Below are positions 51,601-63,120 of a DNA stretch of 64,000 nt, piece after piece. The notes beneath the pieces were generated by a model, which searched no databases, had not been told where the DNA came from, and worked only from the letters and a program-made list of their open reading frames with translations. The DNA lies in contig NC_047019.1 in NCBI RefSeq assembly GCF_902652985.1, forward strand, positions 31,868,001-31,932,000, written 5' to 3'. Within the stretch, counting starts at the first letter, position 1. The number at the start of each line of letters is the position of its first letter. Source of the DNA: Pecten maximus (taxonomy: Eukaryota). A program made the position numbers and the translations under genes.

Positions 51601-54600
51601 ATTAAGAAGAACAGAGTGAAACAGAAGGAAATTCTCAGAGGAAGAAGAAATATAAAAAAAAAATGAAAATAAGAGAGTCCGGGTTTTGCACTGCTTCTTA
51701 GAATTTGAGAGAAATTTATGATATATATAAGAATAAAAAACAAAACCCTATTTTATTTATCAGTAAGATGTTTTCGGCTTTTAACTGAAATTAATTTCAG
51801 CCATATACACATATATACTTGGGTTATAAAACATCAATCACGTCCCCCGAGAATATAGGGTATCACTCGGTTAGTTAAAGGTTTTACGTCCCCTTTTACC
51901 GCTAACATGGGCTGCGTGGAGGCAACGTGGGGTATTACCGGGGCAAAATATATTTATGTTATAGGGGATTCAAACGCATATGATCTACAATATATCCACA
52001 CAAAAATAGCATCTATCTTAATTGCTATTACTATATAACATGTAAAGTTAAAAACGTATGAAGGTTCCATTTTTATTGCATTTTTGCCAGTGAAATATAG
52101 AAAATTATTAAACTAATAAAACTTATATTTTCACTGCAGCGATGAGCAGTGAAAATATAAGATTTTGCAGTGAAAATATAAGTTTTGCAGTGAAAATATA
52201 AGGTTTTCCGTTTTTGACCAATCAGAGCGGACCTTTGTATTCACCCCGTTGAAACTTGCCGATTTTTCCAGTCGAAGCGGGTTATTTTGCTGTATTTCTG
52301 AAATTTTCAGACTAGTTTATGACAAAATACTCACTTGATTTTAGTTATTCGTGCACTGATTCTCCTATAACAGCAGAAAACTCTTAAATATTGCGTTGAT
52401 CAGTCCTTTCAAAATGGCACCGTCAAGTTGACGTGGAGTAACGTCACAAAGCGATGACGTCATTACTGATATCCGCACTTTTTGACACTATTGATTTTTC
52501 GATGTTTTTGATTTTGTTTTTTAGTTGATGAAATGCAATAAAAAGAAAATTGAATGGTTTCCCTTTAAATATAACATATATTTCATTCGTATGACAGAAT
52601 ATTTCGATATTTTTCACTCATGCTTTGCACTCGTGAAAATTTTGATATTCTCTCATACTCGTGAAATATATGTTATATTAAACGGGAAACCATTCAATAT
52701 CCTCTATATCTAAAATATTACGCTGGAAATGCAATTTTGTTTGTTGAAAATCCGTTAGTGATTGTATTCGGTACGAGAATAATGAGTTGGCGGAAAGCAA
52801 TCGCCTATATCTCCTTAGTTAGGATAATGACAGTAAAATCAGAACAATTCACATTGCAAGGTCTTTTTTTAATTTATGTATACATCTTGAAATTCGCTTT
52901 CCTACAAAAATGAACAAATATATTTTAGAAAGCAAAGTTACTATTAAACTATAATAAACTCACAGAATAAGATGGAGTTCAGACAAGGTTTAGTACAGGC
53001 ATGGTAAAATGGGCATAACTGACATGAACACCGTACAAATCAAGTATAAACTAACTGGAAATCAATAATGATACAAATAACACTTGTCAATGCCATCTGT
53101 ATAATGGATTCAGTAACAGACGCAATACATGCTGAATCGTAAAATTAAAATGTGTCTCTTAAAGCGACACAAGAAGCCAAAGTGAAAACATTAAAATACT
53201 AGAAATGTATATAAGGGAGGAAAAAGAAGATATGCTGTACGTAAAAACATCGAATTGAAATATCACTGTCTACGTCACACATAGATGGATGGTCAGTTTT
53301 CTAACAGTCTCATGCCGTAATCATATTTAAAAATTAGCTCGACATTTAATTGATTTCATTGTCACTGAATGGAACGGTACGAGCATCATCTGCCCTCCTA
53401 TTGGAGGATCACACTGTCAGGATAGATTTGATACGTAGGAGACCTAATGTTTGTTTTGTGTTTGTTTCTTTTAATTGTGTGTTGTTTTATGATGATTTTT
53501 ATTATGATTTTGTGTGGTTTACTCGATTTATTGTACTGTTTTACTGTTCTAAATCAGGATAATAATATATGTGTATATAAAAAGGTGTTTGTTGTCGATG
53601 ATATATCTAAAGGTTATTTCGACTTGTCTGTTACCGACGAGAATTACCGAATTTCAAATGATTCATTTTTATTTCAGATGTGGTGACCGTCACGCTTGCA
53701 ATGATTGGCAAACTGGGTGTTACAGTCGGTTTTTCAGTTGTATATATATGGGCAGCAGAATTGTTCCCAACCCCTCTGCGCAGCTCAGCAATGGGCCTTG
53801 GTTGTGCCTGTAGTAATATTGGATATATTATGACACCATATATAGTACAACTGGTAAGAATCAGAGGAACTAAACAAACTTTTATCTACGGATTTTTGTT
53901 GTTTATAATGTATATTTGAATATCCTATATGCCAATAAGATAACGGAATGCTCAGTAGAAAATTAGTGATTTTTAGCGTTGTCAATCCCTTTAAAATCAC
54001 CTTTACTTTTTTTTAAATTAAATATTAATAAAAGTTAAAACTATTTTTCATTAACAAGTCTGAATGGGAAAATTTGTGTAAGGAAGAGATTTCTAACTTT
54101 AAAGTCGATAATATTTAGCTACTTTTCAATTAGAAAACAACGAATGAATCCTTAATTGATAAACATATTTTTTATATCAAAATAAATATTTACTGCTATT
54201 AAATAAATTTGGCAACTCCTTATCAACACCATATATAAATATAGTAGAAGAACTTTTGAATTATAAGAAGTGTGAAACACATCACTTGATAAGGTCCTTA
54301 GATACATGTAGCATTCCAGGGGAAAAGTATGATGTAAACAAAATATGTTAACAAGCACCAACATAATTTCGCTTGCTTTGGCTCTAGACAAATTACAACT
54401 TTGACCTTATTATTGCAGACATCACGTTGTCTACGTTTTGCCTATGTTAATCGATGGACTGACACTGTGATTGTCATTCTCTACTCTTTTGTTACAGACA
54501 TCAAGTGTACCTGTCCTGGGGAAGGCTCTTCCTTTGTTGTTGTTTGGTGGGCTGGCGTTGGTAGCGTCATTCCTGACTGTTCTCCTACCCGAGACAACAA

Positions 54601-56057
54601 ATGAACATCTCCCAGAGACCCTTCAGAGTGACCATAGACAAAAGAGGTACATGACCTCATTTTAGATATAGAACAGACTGTAGAGATAGGAAGAGGTTGT
54701 AGAAACAGGTGCTAGATTGTTACATTACAGTATAGTCATCTTTTAATCCAGTATTATAACTGCTTAACAAGTTATATGTTATCAATTAAGAAAGGGTCAG
54801 ATAATGACCAGACGCTCGATAGTACATAAGCAGGAAATGACAATGGCAAATGCCAATCAGAAGTGTACTTCTATTGGAAACATTATAGACATCGGAGGTT
54901 ATAGGCTTATAGAAATCATATACTACTAGTTATAATGGCAGCAACATCGTCAATCGTTCATTATTAAGATATTGCTCAATGAATTACTCGACATGTTTAT
55001 CGGGCGACTTTATGAAGATGTGATAATTTGCTCTTGGAATACTTCATGTATACAGAGCGGTATTCTTTATCAGCTCAGAAGGAAAATTAATGCAAATTAG
55101 TTTAAGAGGGATGAAATATTCAATATCCAGGCAATGTGCTTGATATCGCGAGTTAGGCTACAATATCGCTATTTAATGAAAGGTATTTCATAATGGATAA
55201 TTAAAGACAATATATTTCGATAATTACAAATGTGGAACCTTTTCAGATGACGAAATTAAGTGCACCCCATAATATGTCGTGATAAAAATTTCGTTATATA
55301 TTTACTTGGTGAAAGAACAAGGAGTACAATGTACCTATATTAAAACATAGGCGCCTTTCTCACAAAGTGAAAAAAGGGGGCAAAAGCTATCGTTAATAAA
55401 GATTGCATGTAGATTCTTTAAAATGTTTCAGTTGAATAAGACCAGGCGTTCTTTATTTGTAAGCGTCTTCTACTTCATCGACGACACCCTCCATAGAAAT
55501 GTAGATCAAACCCTAGTTAATTCATATTCTAACAGTGAGAAGTATGGCATATCAACAAGTATCAAACACTTCATATCGTATGTATATTACTTCATCTCTA
55601 GAACCTTCCGTTTGTTAGTATTGTTCGCCGGTAGTCGCGACATCTGTCACGAAGTTCGTGATAATTGGAACAAGTCCTTATAAACATAGAATCAGATGGG
55701 ATACACAGTAGGTAGGGATGTCACGTCATGTATCTAGGAAGGGAGAACCAACTTATCATACGGCTTATATGTAGTTGTAAGCTGTCACTGTTGGTAATGC
55801 CATAAGTTAATATCGACGGAGTCGGCTTATGTTGAGGAGTTGCGTACTTTGACTATTCGGTAAAGTTGCTTGCAAAGAATTTAGATATATTTCAGTTAAT
55901 GGAATGGTCACTCTAGACCCATTTTATTTTGCTAATAATATACATGTATGTATGCTTAGTTAAAATTTGTTTTGTTGTTTATTTATCCAGTTCCGAAATC
56001 ATCACCGACGTAACCAGACAATCATTTCTTCTACAAAATGATCTTGTCTCGACATAG
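42680..56057 (+). CDS. SLC22: SLC22-family organic cation/carnitine transporter-like MFS protein (Orct-like), 10 coding exons, 538 aa
   Basis: Exons 42680-42822, 42928-43135, 44272-44375, 46161-46315, 48030-48198, 48883-49101, 51158-51384, 53678-53853, 54498-54646, 55991-56057, all GT-AG, joining in frame (1617 nt). Motifs: FDxILxxVGEFGPYQ, LVCD, SDRFGRK, EIVGPSKR, PESPRWL, VEIPA, ELFPTPLR, LPET. The last exon is less certain. The symbol is family-level only. Confidence 0.93.
44570..45480. repeat. 31-32-bp minisatellite in SLC22 intron 3
   Basis: Unit gacattcagcctaaacgtttcatagctattt(t), about 28 copies in variant blocks. Confidence 0.95.
45548..45728. repeat. 31-bp minisatellite
   Basis: agaagtgtccagaactttcataatctgtagt, about 6 copies. 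Confidence 0.85.
46615..47640 (-). mobile_element. Decayed non-LTR retrotransposon (LINE) ORF2 3' fragment in SLC22 intron 4
   Basis: Minus-strand RMRLSSNRLNVETGRYQNIDPR...CTLCYMKDIEDELDFIIMC..LR..LIKPY..SVFKLVQLL, a typical C-terminal tail of non-LTR RT ORFs. RT remnant GLF*GEVLSLILYSYYVND at ~47400-47456. A 35-bp segment is triplicated at 46819-46923. Confidence 0.8.
48335..48690. repeat. Degenerate ~35-41-bp AT-rich minisatellite in SLC22 intron 5
   Basis: aacgttttaattttagatacttactgttt units. Confidence 0.8.
50905..51020. repeat. Short ~22-bp tandem repeat
   Basis: gagttcaataaacatcta, about 5 copies. Confidence 0.75.
52057..52708. mobile_element. Non-autonomous interspersed element ending in a 150-bp hairpin
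   Basis: Near-perfect palindrome 52549-52698 (attgaatggtttccc.ttaaatataacatatatttca / tgaaatatatgttatatt.aacgggaaaccattcaat). Internal IR 52065-52083 / 52531-52547 and gcagtgaaaatataag triplet. The middle is shared with 30905-31075. Confidence 0.7.
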
Positions 56058-57054
56058 CTTCCAGGCAGAATGCAATCCAGTACGTCAACGCTTACCGGGC
56101 ATGTACCCAGGATTTCATCGTTATTAAATCATCTATTTCCTTTCACTCTATAAACATAATCTAAGTATGTTTGTGAGTGTAGGTGTTTTTAAAAGACGTG
56201 TGGCATGTACAGTGATTTGGTACATGATTATGTTTATATTTGCCCACATATATCGAAATATGTTTATATCTATAAACAAGCATTTTTTTCAAAGATATCT
56301 TTTGTTTGTTTTTACTTTAATTCTCTCTCTTATACAGCGATTTGTGTGGTCGGAAATCTACATGTATCACCTGCATACACACCATATTCTAATCCATAAT
56401 TGTGATGAATGCCGGTTATCCCTCCAAAATGTTACACGCATAGATAACTCAAATCAATTACCATATTTCGTTCAGTCTTTTTAAGGACAATTGATGTCAG
56501 AGAATGCTGATTTGATTCGATAACAAATAATAAATGTTCATATTTATCCTGTTATGTGTTAACTTTTACAGTTTACGTGGGTTATAACAGTTCTGACTAA
56601 GTGTTAATGTCCCTTACTGCTCCATCGCTTTACAAAAAGAACGAAAAGTAAGTGAAAATAAACAATGATATAATTCAAAATATAACAACAAAACAAACAA
56701 ATAACGACTCGTACATGAGATTGGGGTTGTATTTCAATTCCCCTCAATGTTGCTGAATTTGAATAATTGATATCAACTTATTCCAAATAGTTTTAATGTA
56801 TTACATAAACATTTGGCAATGATAAGTACGGAGAAAGAAGGCAATTCATTTATTATAAGGAAGCAACGAGAACGGACAATATATAGTTACAGCTAAGATG
56901 TAATCTATTTGAAAGTTAGCTAAGAGATTTCTAATAATGCGAGACATTTCAAAATATACATCGATGATTTCTCTAACCTATTCAAAGTAAATTAACGTGA
57001 GATTGATATTAAACAATATATAGTGAGAGGAACTATTCGTGGGATTGGAGCGGA

Positions 57055-60000
57055 TCAGTCGGTATGGTCACAGTAAAATTGGATGAAGTTGTAATCAGTT
57101 TTCAGTTCCGGAATATCAGTCAGACTTTGGATATTCCATGACATGCGGACGGCGTCACCATAATTCTTTCCGTACATCCACGGTGTATGTTTGGTTACCC
57201 GCACGGCCCCAGAACAGCTGTAGTAGCCCGGACGTTTTGGGTCGCTACTTCGGCAGTACGGCTTACATCGTCTTCCACATGAGTCGTACGCCGTCAATAA
57301 AACCTCTGACATCTCGTCTTCGGGGTCCTTCAGGGCGATGTAAGTCGAGGATTCGGAAAAGGCTTGGCGTAGATCGACGACAGTGTATTCTTCGTAGTTA
57401 CCATGATAGTTCAGTCCATTGGATCGGATATGAACTCGTCCGACAGTTCTGTCAGCGGCGCGTGATTTGCATGTAGTAGATAACGGCATGACTTGTTCTG
57501 AAAAGTATGGACTTATTTCTGGGTACGCTTCAGGGTCATAGATATCATAATCGCGTGATGCCTTTCCGTCAAATATAGGAAAAGCCTGAAATTTCCGGTG
57601 TTCCGGTGAACGTTTACTGATAATTTTTACAGGTATAAACACCCACTTCCGGGTATCACTGACACTATCGACTTCAAATGTGTTTTGACTGGAGAATGAC
57701 AACCAGGTTCCGGTACATGTATGTGTTCCCTTCGCAATAACCATATTTCTTGCGTTTTCTTGCAATATTTTCTTTGCCTGTGCGATATTCTGTTTGTCAA
57801 CCTGTCGCTTCCGGCGCCCAAACATCGGCATCGGCTGCCCAAACCCTGTACCCATCTGTTGACCTGCATTTTGCGCTGGTCCAAAAGCTGCTTGCCCCGG
57901 CTGCACAGGAGCGGCATTGCTCACTTCCGTGGCCGCGGGTAGACACTGTGCGATACCTTGAGAAATATCACAGCGTAGATATATTGACCCGCAGTTAGGG
58001 TTTGATATAGAACATGATGGGTTTTGTTCATACGAATAGATTTGTGATGTAAACATATCGCTCAGACCGAAAGAATTCTGCAAATCTCCGAACCCCATCC
58101 TAAAAAATGGCGAATGAGTCTGTGGTCCGAAATTTGTAGGATAGTCTCTGGTCGGGTCGATTCCCATGGCCCGCTGTCTCGTTCTGAAGATTTCCCAGAC
58201 ATAATCCACAAAGCAATGATGCATGTAGAAAAGCGGGTCGAACGCAGATGTCTCCATAGGTTCCATTTCACCGCCCAGCCAGGTGTGCACATCTCCATGG
58301 TAATTTTCCAAGTTGAACATATTATCAGCATCCGGTTCCTCTATCTCACTTAATCGCGATCTTGATAGAACAGCTAAAATTTCTTGTCTAGAGAATAAAC
58401 TACCTCCCCCTTGGCCAATATTACGGATCAGGGGTCCGAATGGAGTCTGCCAGTAGGCAAAAGGTCCCGATGTTACTAAACCATTTCCGTTTCCGGCGAA
58501 CCTCGCAGAGAAGAGAATAGACTGAGTTGGGTCCATCATAGCTTCGTCTAAGGTAGAATCCCAATATGGCAGGGCCACGGTCGGTACTTTCTGTCGCAAG
58601 GCATTCTCAAAACTGTAAAAGGCAAATGTTGCATTAATAAAGAGGACATTCACATTTACTGATCAAAGTTTATTAGTAAAGTTCGTTTCGAAAGAAGGGA
58701 AGGAAAAGTTGTCGTACAAAAGGGATTAAAATGTTAGATTGTATCTATGTATTGTTCTTTAGCTAAAACAGCATGTAGAAATATTCGTTTCTGTGGTAGA
58801 GCTGATACTTCTTGAAGACACATTTCTTACATATGAATACTTACATAGAATTTAAATCATTTTGAAATTGCCGGTTAAGAAAAGTGAAAACTGCTTCTAT
58901 TCATCTGATCATCAGATACAGTCATCCACCTGCGGCTATTAATAGGGATCAAAGAGAAAATGAGGTTCCATTAAATCCTGGCTGCTCAATTATGCAATTA
59001 AAGATTATTTCAGTGCCCCCTTTTCTGCTAGGAATACACCACAAAGACTTGAACAATATATACTATTCTGAAAGACATTGCTCTGATAATCTACGGAAAG
59101 TAAAAGCCAACGAAGAAAATGATCTTACCAACAGTTTATGCTGTATTTACTTAAATGCTAACAAAGCCTAGGGACACTTCACTACTTATATATTAATGGA
59201 GACCCTGTGTCATGGAAGAATGCTCTATTTACACCGAAATGAAGCCTCTATGTCATAAGAGAATGTACAAGTAACACGATAATGAAGCCCCTGTGTAATG
59301 AGAGAATGCACTAATAACACGGTACCGAAGCCCTTTTGTAATGAGAGAATGCACTAATAACACGGTAACGAAGCCCTTTTGTCAGGAGAGAATGCACTAA
59401 TAACACGGTAACGAAGCCCTTTTGTCAGGAGAGAATGCGCTAATAACGTGGTAGTGAAGCCCTTTTGTCAGGAGAGAATGCACTAATAACACGGTAACGA
59501 AGCCCTTTTGTCAGGAGAGAATGCGCTAATAACGTGGTAGTGAAGCCCTTGTGTAATGAGATAGTGCACTAATAACGTGATAATGAAGCCTCTGTGCCAT
59601 GAGAGAATGCGCTACTTACATGGTAATGGAGCCCTTTTGTAAAGAGAGAATACACTACTAACACGGTAATGACGCCTTGTGTCATGAGAGAATGCACTTA
59701 TTACACGGTAATGAAGCCCTTGTGCCATGGCAGAATGCGCTACTTACATGGTAATGAATACTCTGTGCCAAGGAAGGAACCCACTTCCGTGATGGATGTT
59801 ATTGACGAGCCGAAAGTGGACCAATGCCAGTGCGTCATACCTGTTAGGGCTGATGGACTGTGGATTAACAAAACATTCATTTGTTTAGTTGTCGCAGATT
59901 ATTAAACCCGTTGCAATTGAATTTTAAAATTTATAATTTTTTAAAGCTAGCTGTCCTTAGTCCTGGATATTCAAACGACCAAGGTAAAATTATCACAGAT

Positions 60001-61410
60001 GTTCCCCATTTAGGACTCTGCTCATTGCACCTAGAGTAACACTGGCCTTATACATAGAGCGTTTGATCTTCGTGATTAATATGATCTTACATTTCGTATT
60101 TTAGGGGCTTGAGGTTCATCTTTCTTGAAAGCTGATATGTTCTTAACAAAATAATTCATTCCAATATCATTGGCGAAAGGTCATTACCAATTATAATTAC
60201 ATCCGTTGATAACAGTGTATGGGTGTAGACGGAGACACTGAGGGTTCAACCAAATCGTTTATATACATAGAAACAAGTTATCTTAGGAAATTATAACAGA
60301 AGTGTTCCTCCTAATTGTAGGAGTGTCACCGTCTCCTAAAATGTTATAGGGTTTATCTTGGAAAGGACTAATGACATACATTCTAGTTTGAATTTTTTGA
60401 AAAGATTGACTTACTGTATCTGCTTTCAACATCTGCACAGCACGATGGAAATCGTTCCTCTCCTGTTCTGTGAGTCTACGATATTCTTTGCGCAGGCGCA
60501 ATGTTTGTCTGACGACGGGAGGAGCTCGGGCCGGCTGTGGCTGTGCTTGGGGTTGGGGTTGTGCCTGGGGTTGGGGTTGTGCCTGGGGCTGGGGCGGGAA
60601 TGTCTGTGCCGTTGCTCCTTGCTGCTCTTGTAGTTGGACAGAGGGAGCAGGTTGTTCTGTTGGATTAGAACTTGTCGGGACATTCTGTTGGTAGACAATG
60701 TGGGCAACTGAACTGGCAGGCATTTGTTGTCCAGTCTGTACATTTTGCTGAGGATTATTTTGCTGTTGAAAAGTTTGCGCAGGAACGTTTTGTTGTTGAG
60801 TTGGACCGCTTTGCTGTTGGAAGGTTTGCGATGGAGTGTTTTGTTGCTGGACTGTTTGGTCCAGGGGATTGAGTTGCTGCTGTGGAAGTGCTACAGGGTC
60901 ACCTCGCTGAATTTGCTGTTGGGGTACAGGCTGAAAGGTGCCCATTGATACACTTTGGAACCCCAAAGGGATGTTTCGCTGTTGGGCGAACTGTCCTACC
61001 GGCGGAGCTTGCGCTGTAGGAACAGCAGGTGGTTGCTGGACGTTTTGAAATGACGATGGTAAATCTGCACGAAGCGCCGGAACACCGATTGCTTGACGCT
61101 TGCTTCTTATCATCGCTTGCTCATGTTCATAACTTTCTACTGATGACATGCGCAGAAGTTCGTCTATCCAACTAGTCATGTCCTTTGAAACGTTGACTTG
61201 ATTTAAATATGGCCTTGCCAGGTTCATCCGGTGTCGGTTGATGCAGAAGTTGTCAATAGATTCTGCCGTTGTGGCGCTGGCGTTGCTTTTTGCAGTGTGT
61301 CGCACGAGACATTCCGAAAATTCATCCGGAAGTCGGATCTCCTCAATCAGAGCGACACCTAACGACAAGATCGTGGAAAAGATGAACACCATACATCGTC
61401 TGGACCACAT
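57055..61410 (-). CDS. TYR: Secreted tyrosinase / type-3 copper catechol oxidase, 3 coding exons, 887 aa
   Basis: Exons 61410-60415 (signal peptide MWSRRCMVFIFSTILSLGVALIEE...RLRKEYRRLTEQER...LKADT), 59857-59748 (SISPNRYDALALVHFRLVNNIHHGSGFLPWHRVFIT, the CuA site, missed by the ORF track) and 58612-57055 (FENALR...LPYWDS...ENYHGDVHTWLGGEM...SAFDPLFYMHHCFVD, the CuB site, plus a Cys-containing C-terminal domain). GT-AG junctions in phases 0 and 2 join in frame (2664 nt). The symbol is family-level only. Confidence 0.95.
59180..59772 (-). repeat. 43-bp minisatellite derived from the tyrosinase CuA exon/intron junction
   Basis: gagagaatg recurs every 43 bp (59300, 59343, 59386, 59429...), about 14 copies. 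The terminal unit on the minus strand is TGGCACAGAGTATTCATTACCAT|gtaagtagcgcattctgcca. Confidence 0.92.
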
Positions 61411-62229
61411 CTGCAAAAGAGAATGCTATAACTAAAACCCTTGATTTTCTTATTGTTCATTAACAATATCCCATATTTTGTGTATTACTTTTTTTAACTG
61501 GATATGCATCGTGTATTAACGTATAGTATGCTAAGAACGATGCACAATCGGAACGTATCTGGTCTGACTAGAGAAACGTCAGGCCTAAATCAATATAATT
61601 ATATTTTGTAGATACAATGTCTTATTTGCCTGAAATCATGTCTACAACGGAAAAGAAATTACCAACTAGTATGAATGTTTATATCAACAATAGACACGCC
61701 ATATGTTGTTTCGTTAGTAGCCACCATCAACTACAAAAAAAAATCCGATTTTAAATGTCCTGGGGCAATAAACCCAGACAGTAAACAAACGAATAGGGCA
61801 AGTAAACTATTTATACGTTGCCAGTATTTGTATATTTTGATATTTAACCGATCCGTGTGCATGCATGTCCACACTCACTCAGATATACTTATGGGTTGAA
61901 TTAACAATTTATTCCATGCGATTATCGTCGCCTAAATAAGTGTTTCTCCTCATAGTTTATCATTAAACCTATCTGCGCATGTGTTTTTTAGCGACGGGAT
62001 GAACGGAAATAGATTGTGATATCTTTATCAAAATTTAACTTGTGCGTTGTACCCCATAAGTTTACAGACAAAACGCTACATCCGCAAGTCGATCTAGGCT
62101 GTATGACCACAGATTTGGATCCTCTTTTAAAAATTTTGATTACAAAAGTCATAAAAAATCATAAACAGATCAAACGAGTAAATTAACGCCAACATTTTAC
62201 AAAATGTGTGGAATAAAAACGTGTTAAGT

Positions 62230-62770
62230 AATGTAGTAAATCAAAAACACCCGTAGTCGTGCTGCTGTAGTAAATCAAAAACACCTGAAGTCATAGTGAT
62301 GAAATAGATTTTAAAAAACACCTGTAGCCGTGGTGATAAAATAAATCAAAAACACCTGAAGTCGCTGTGCTGTAGTAAATCAAAAACACCTGAAGTCGCT
62401 GTGCTGTAGTAAATCAAAAAGTTAATAATAAAAAAAAAAAAACACCTGTAGTCGTGGTGATGAAATAAATCAAAAGCACCTGTAGTCGTGGTGCTGTAGT
62501 TAATCAAAAGCACCTGAAGTCGCTGTGCTGTAGTAAATAAAAAAAATTAACAAAACAAAACAAACAAAAAACACCTGTAGTCGTGGTGCTGTAGTTAATC
62601 AAAAACACCTGAAGTCGCTGTGCTGTAGTAAATAAAAAAAATTAACAAAAAAAAAAAAAAAAAACACCTGTAGTCGTGGTGCTGTAATAAATAAAAAAAA
62701 AAAAAACACCTGAAGTCCTAGTGCTGTTTTTAATAAAAACACCTGTATTCATGGTGATGTACTTGAAAAT
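62230..62770. repeat. ~34-bp minisatellite with poly-A interruptions, upstream of the tyrosinase CDS
   Basis: aaacacctg(t/a)agtcg(tg/ct)gtgctgtagt(a/t)aatcaaa units. Confidence 0.9.
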
Positions 62771-63056
62771 AAATGTCAAAATAATCACACATAATATCAT
62801 GACTTGTTGCTCCAAGAGAAACATATTCAAACAGAAGTATAGATTTATAGATAAACTTTATTTGTTTTACAACAATTGCGAAACGAGTTAACAGAGGTAG
62901 ATCAGGGGACAAACAGGAAAGTTGTAAGAAAAGAAAACGTCTCAAATCTTTACTGTTTTGAACTTGAGTGTACATATCTTCTCCTGCTCATTACACTATG
63001 GCCACAGCGACTGTGCGGACACGGATGTCTGCTTATTCTTAATCGCGATGACCTTC

Positions 63057-63120
63057 CTTACTTGTTAATGTATCTTCGTGCTATCATCATACTAGCTTTT
63101 GTTTCTGTCATTATATATAA
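63057..63120 (-). promoter_or_regulatory. Candidate TATA box and short non-coding first exon of tyrosinase
   Basis: TTATATATAA at 63111-63120 and a minus-strand donor AA|GTAAGG at 63062/63061. The coding exon begins with an acceptor (tcttttgcag|ATG), so an upstream exon is required. Confidence 0.4.

Noticed and set aside
57138-60948. Overlapping/antisense ORFs within tyrosinase exons (e.g. CAWGWG repeats)
   Set aside because: Shadow frames of GC-richer coding sequence and of the PQPQAQ repeat.
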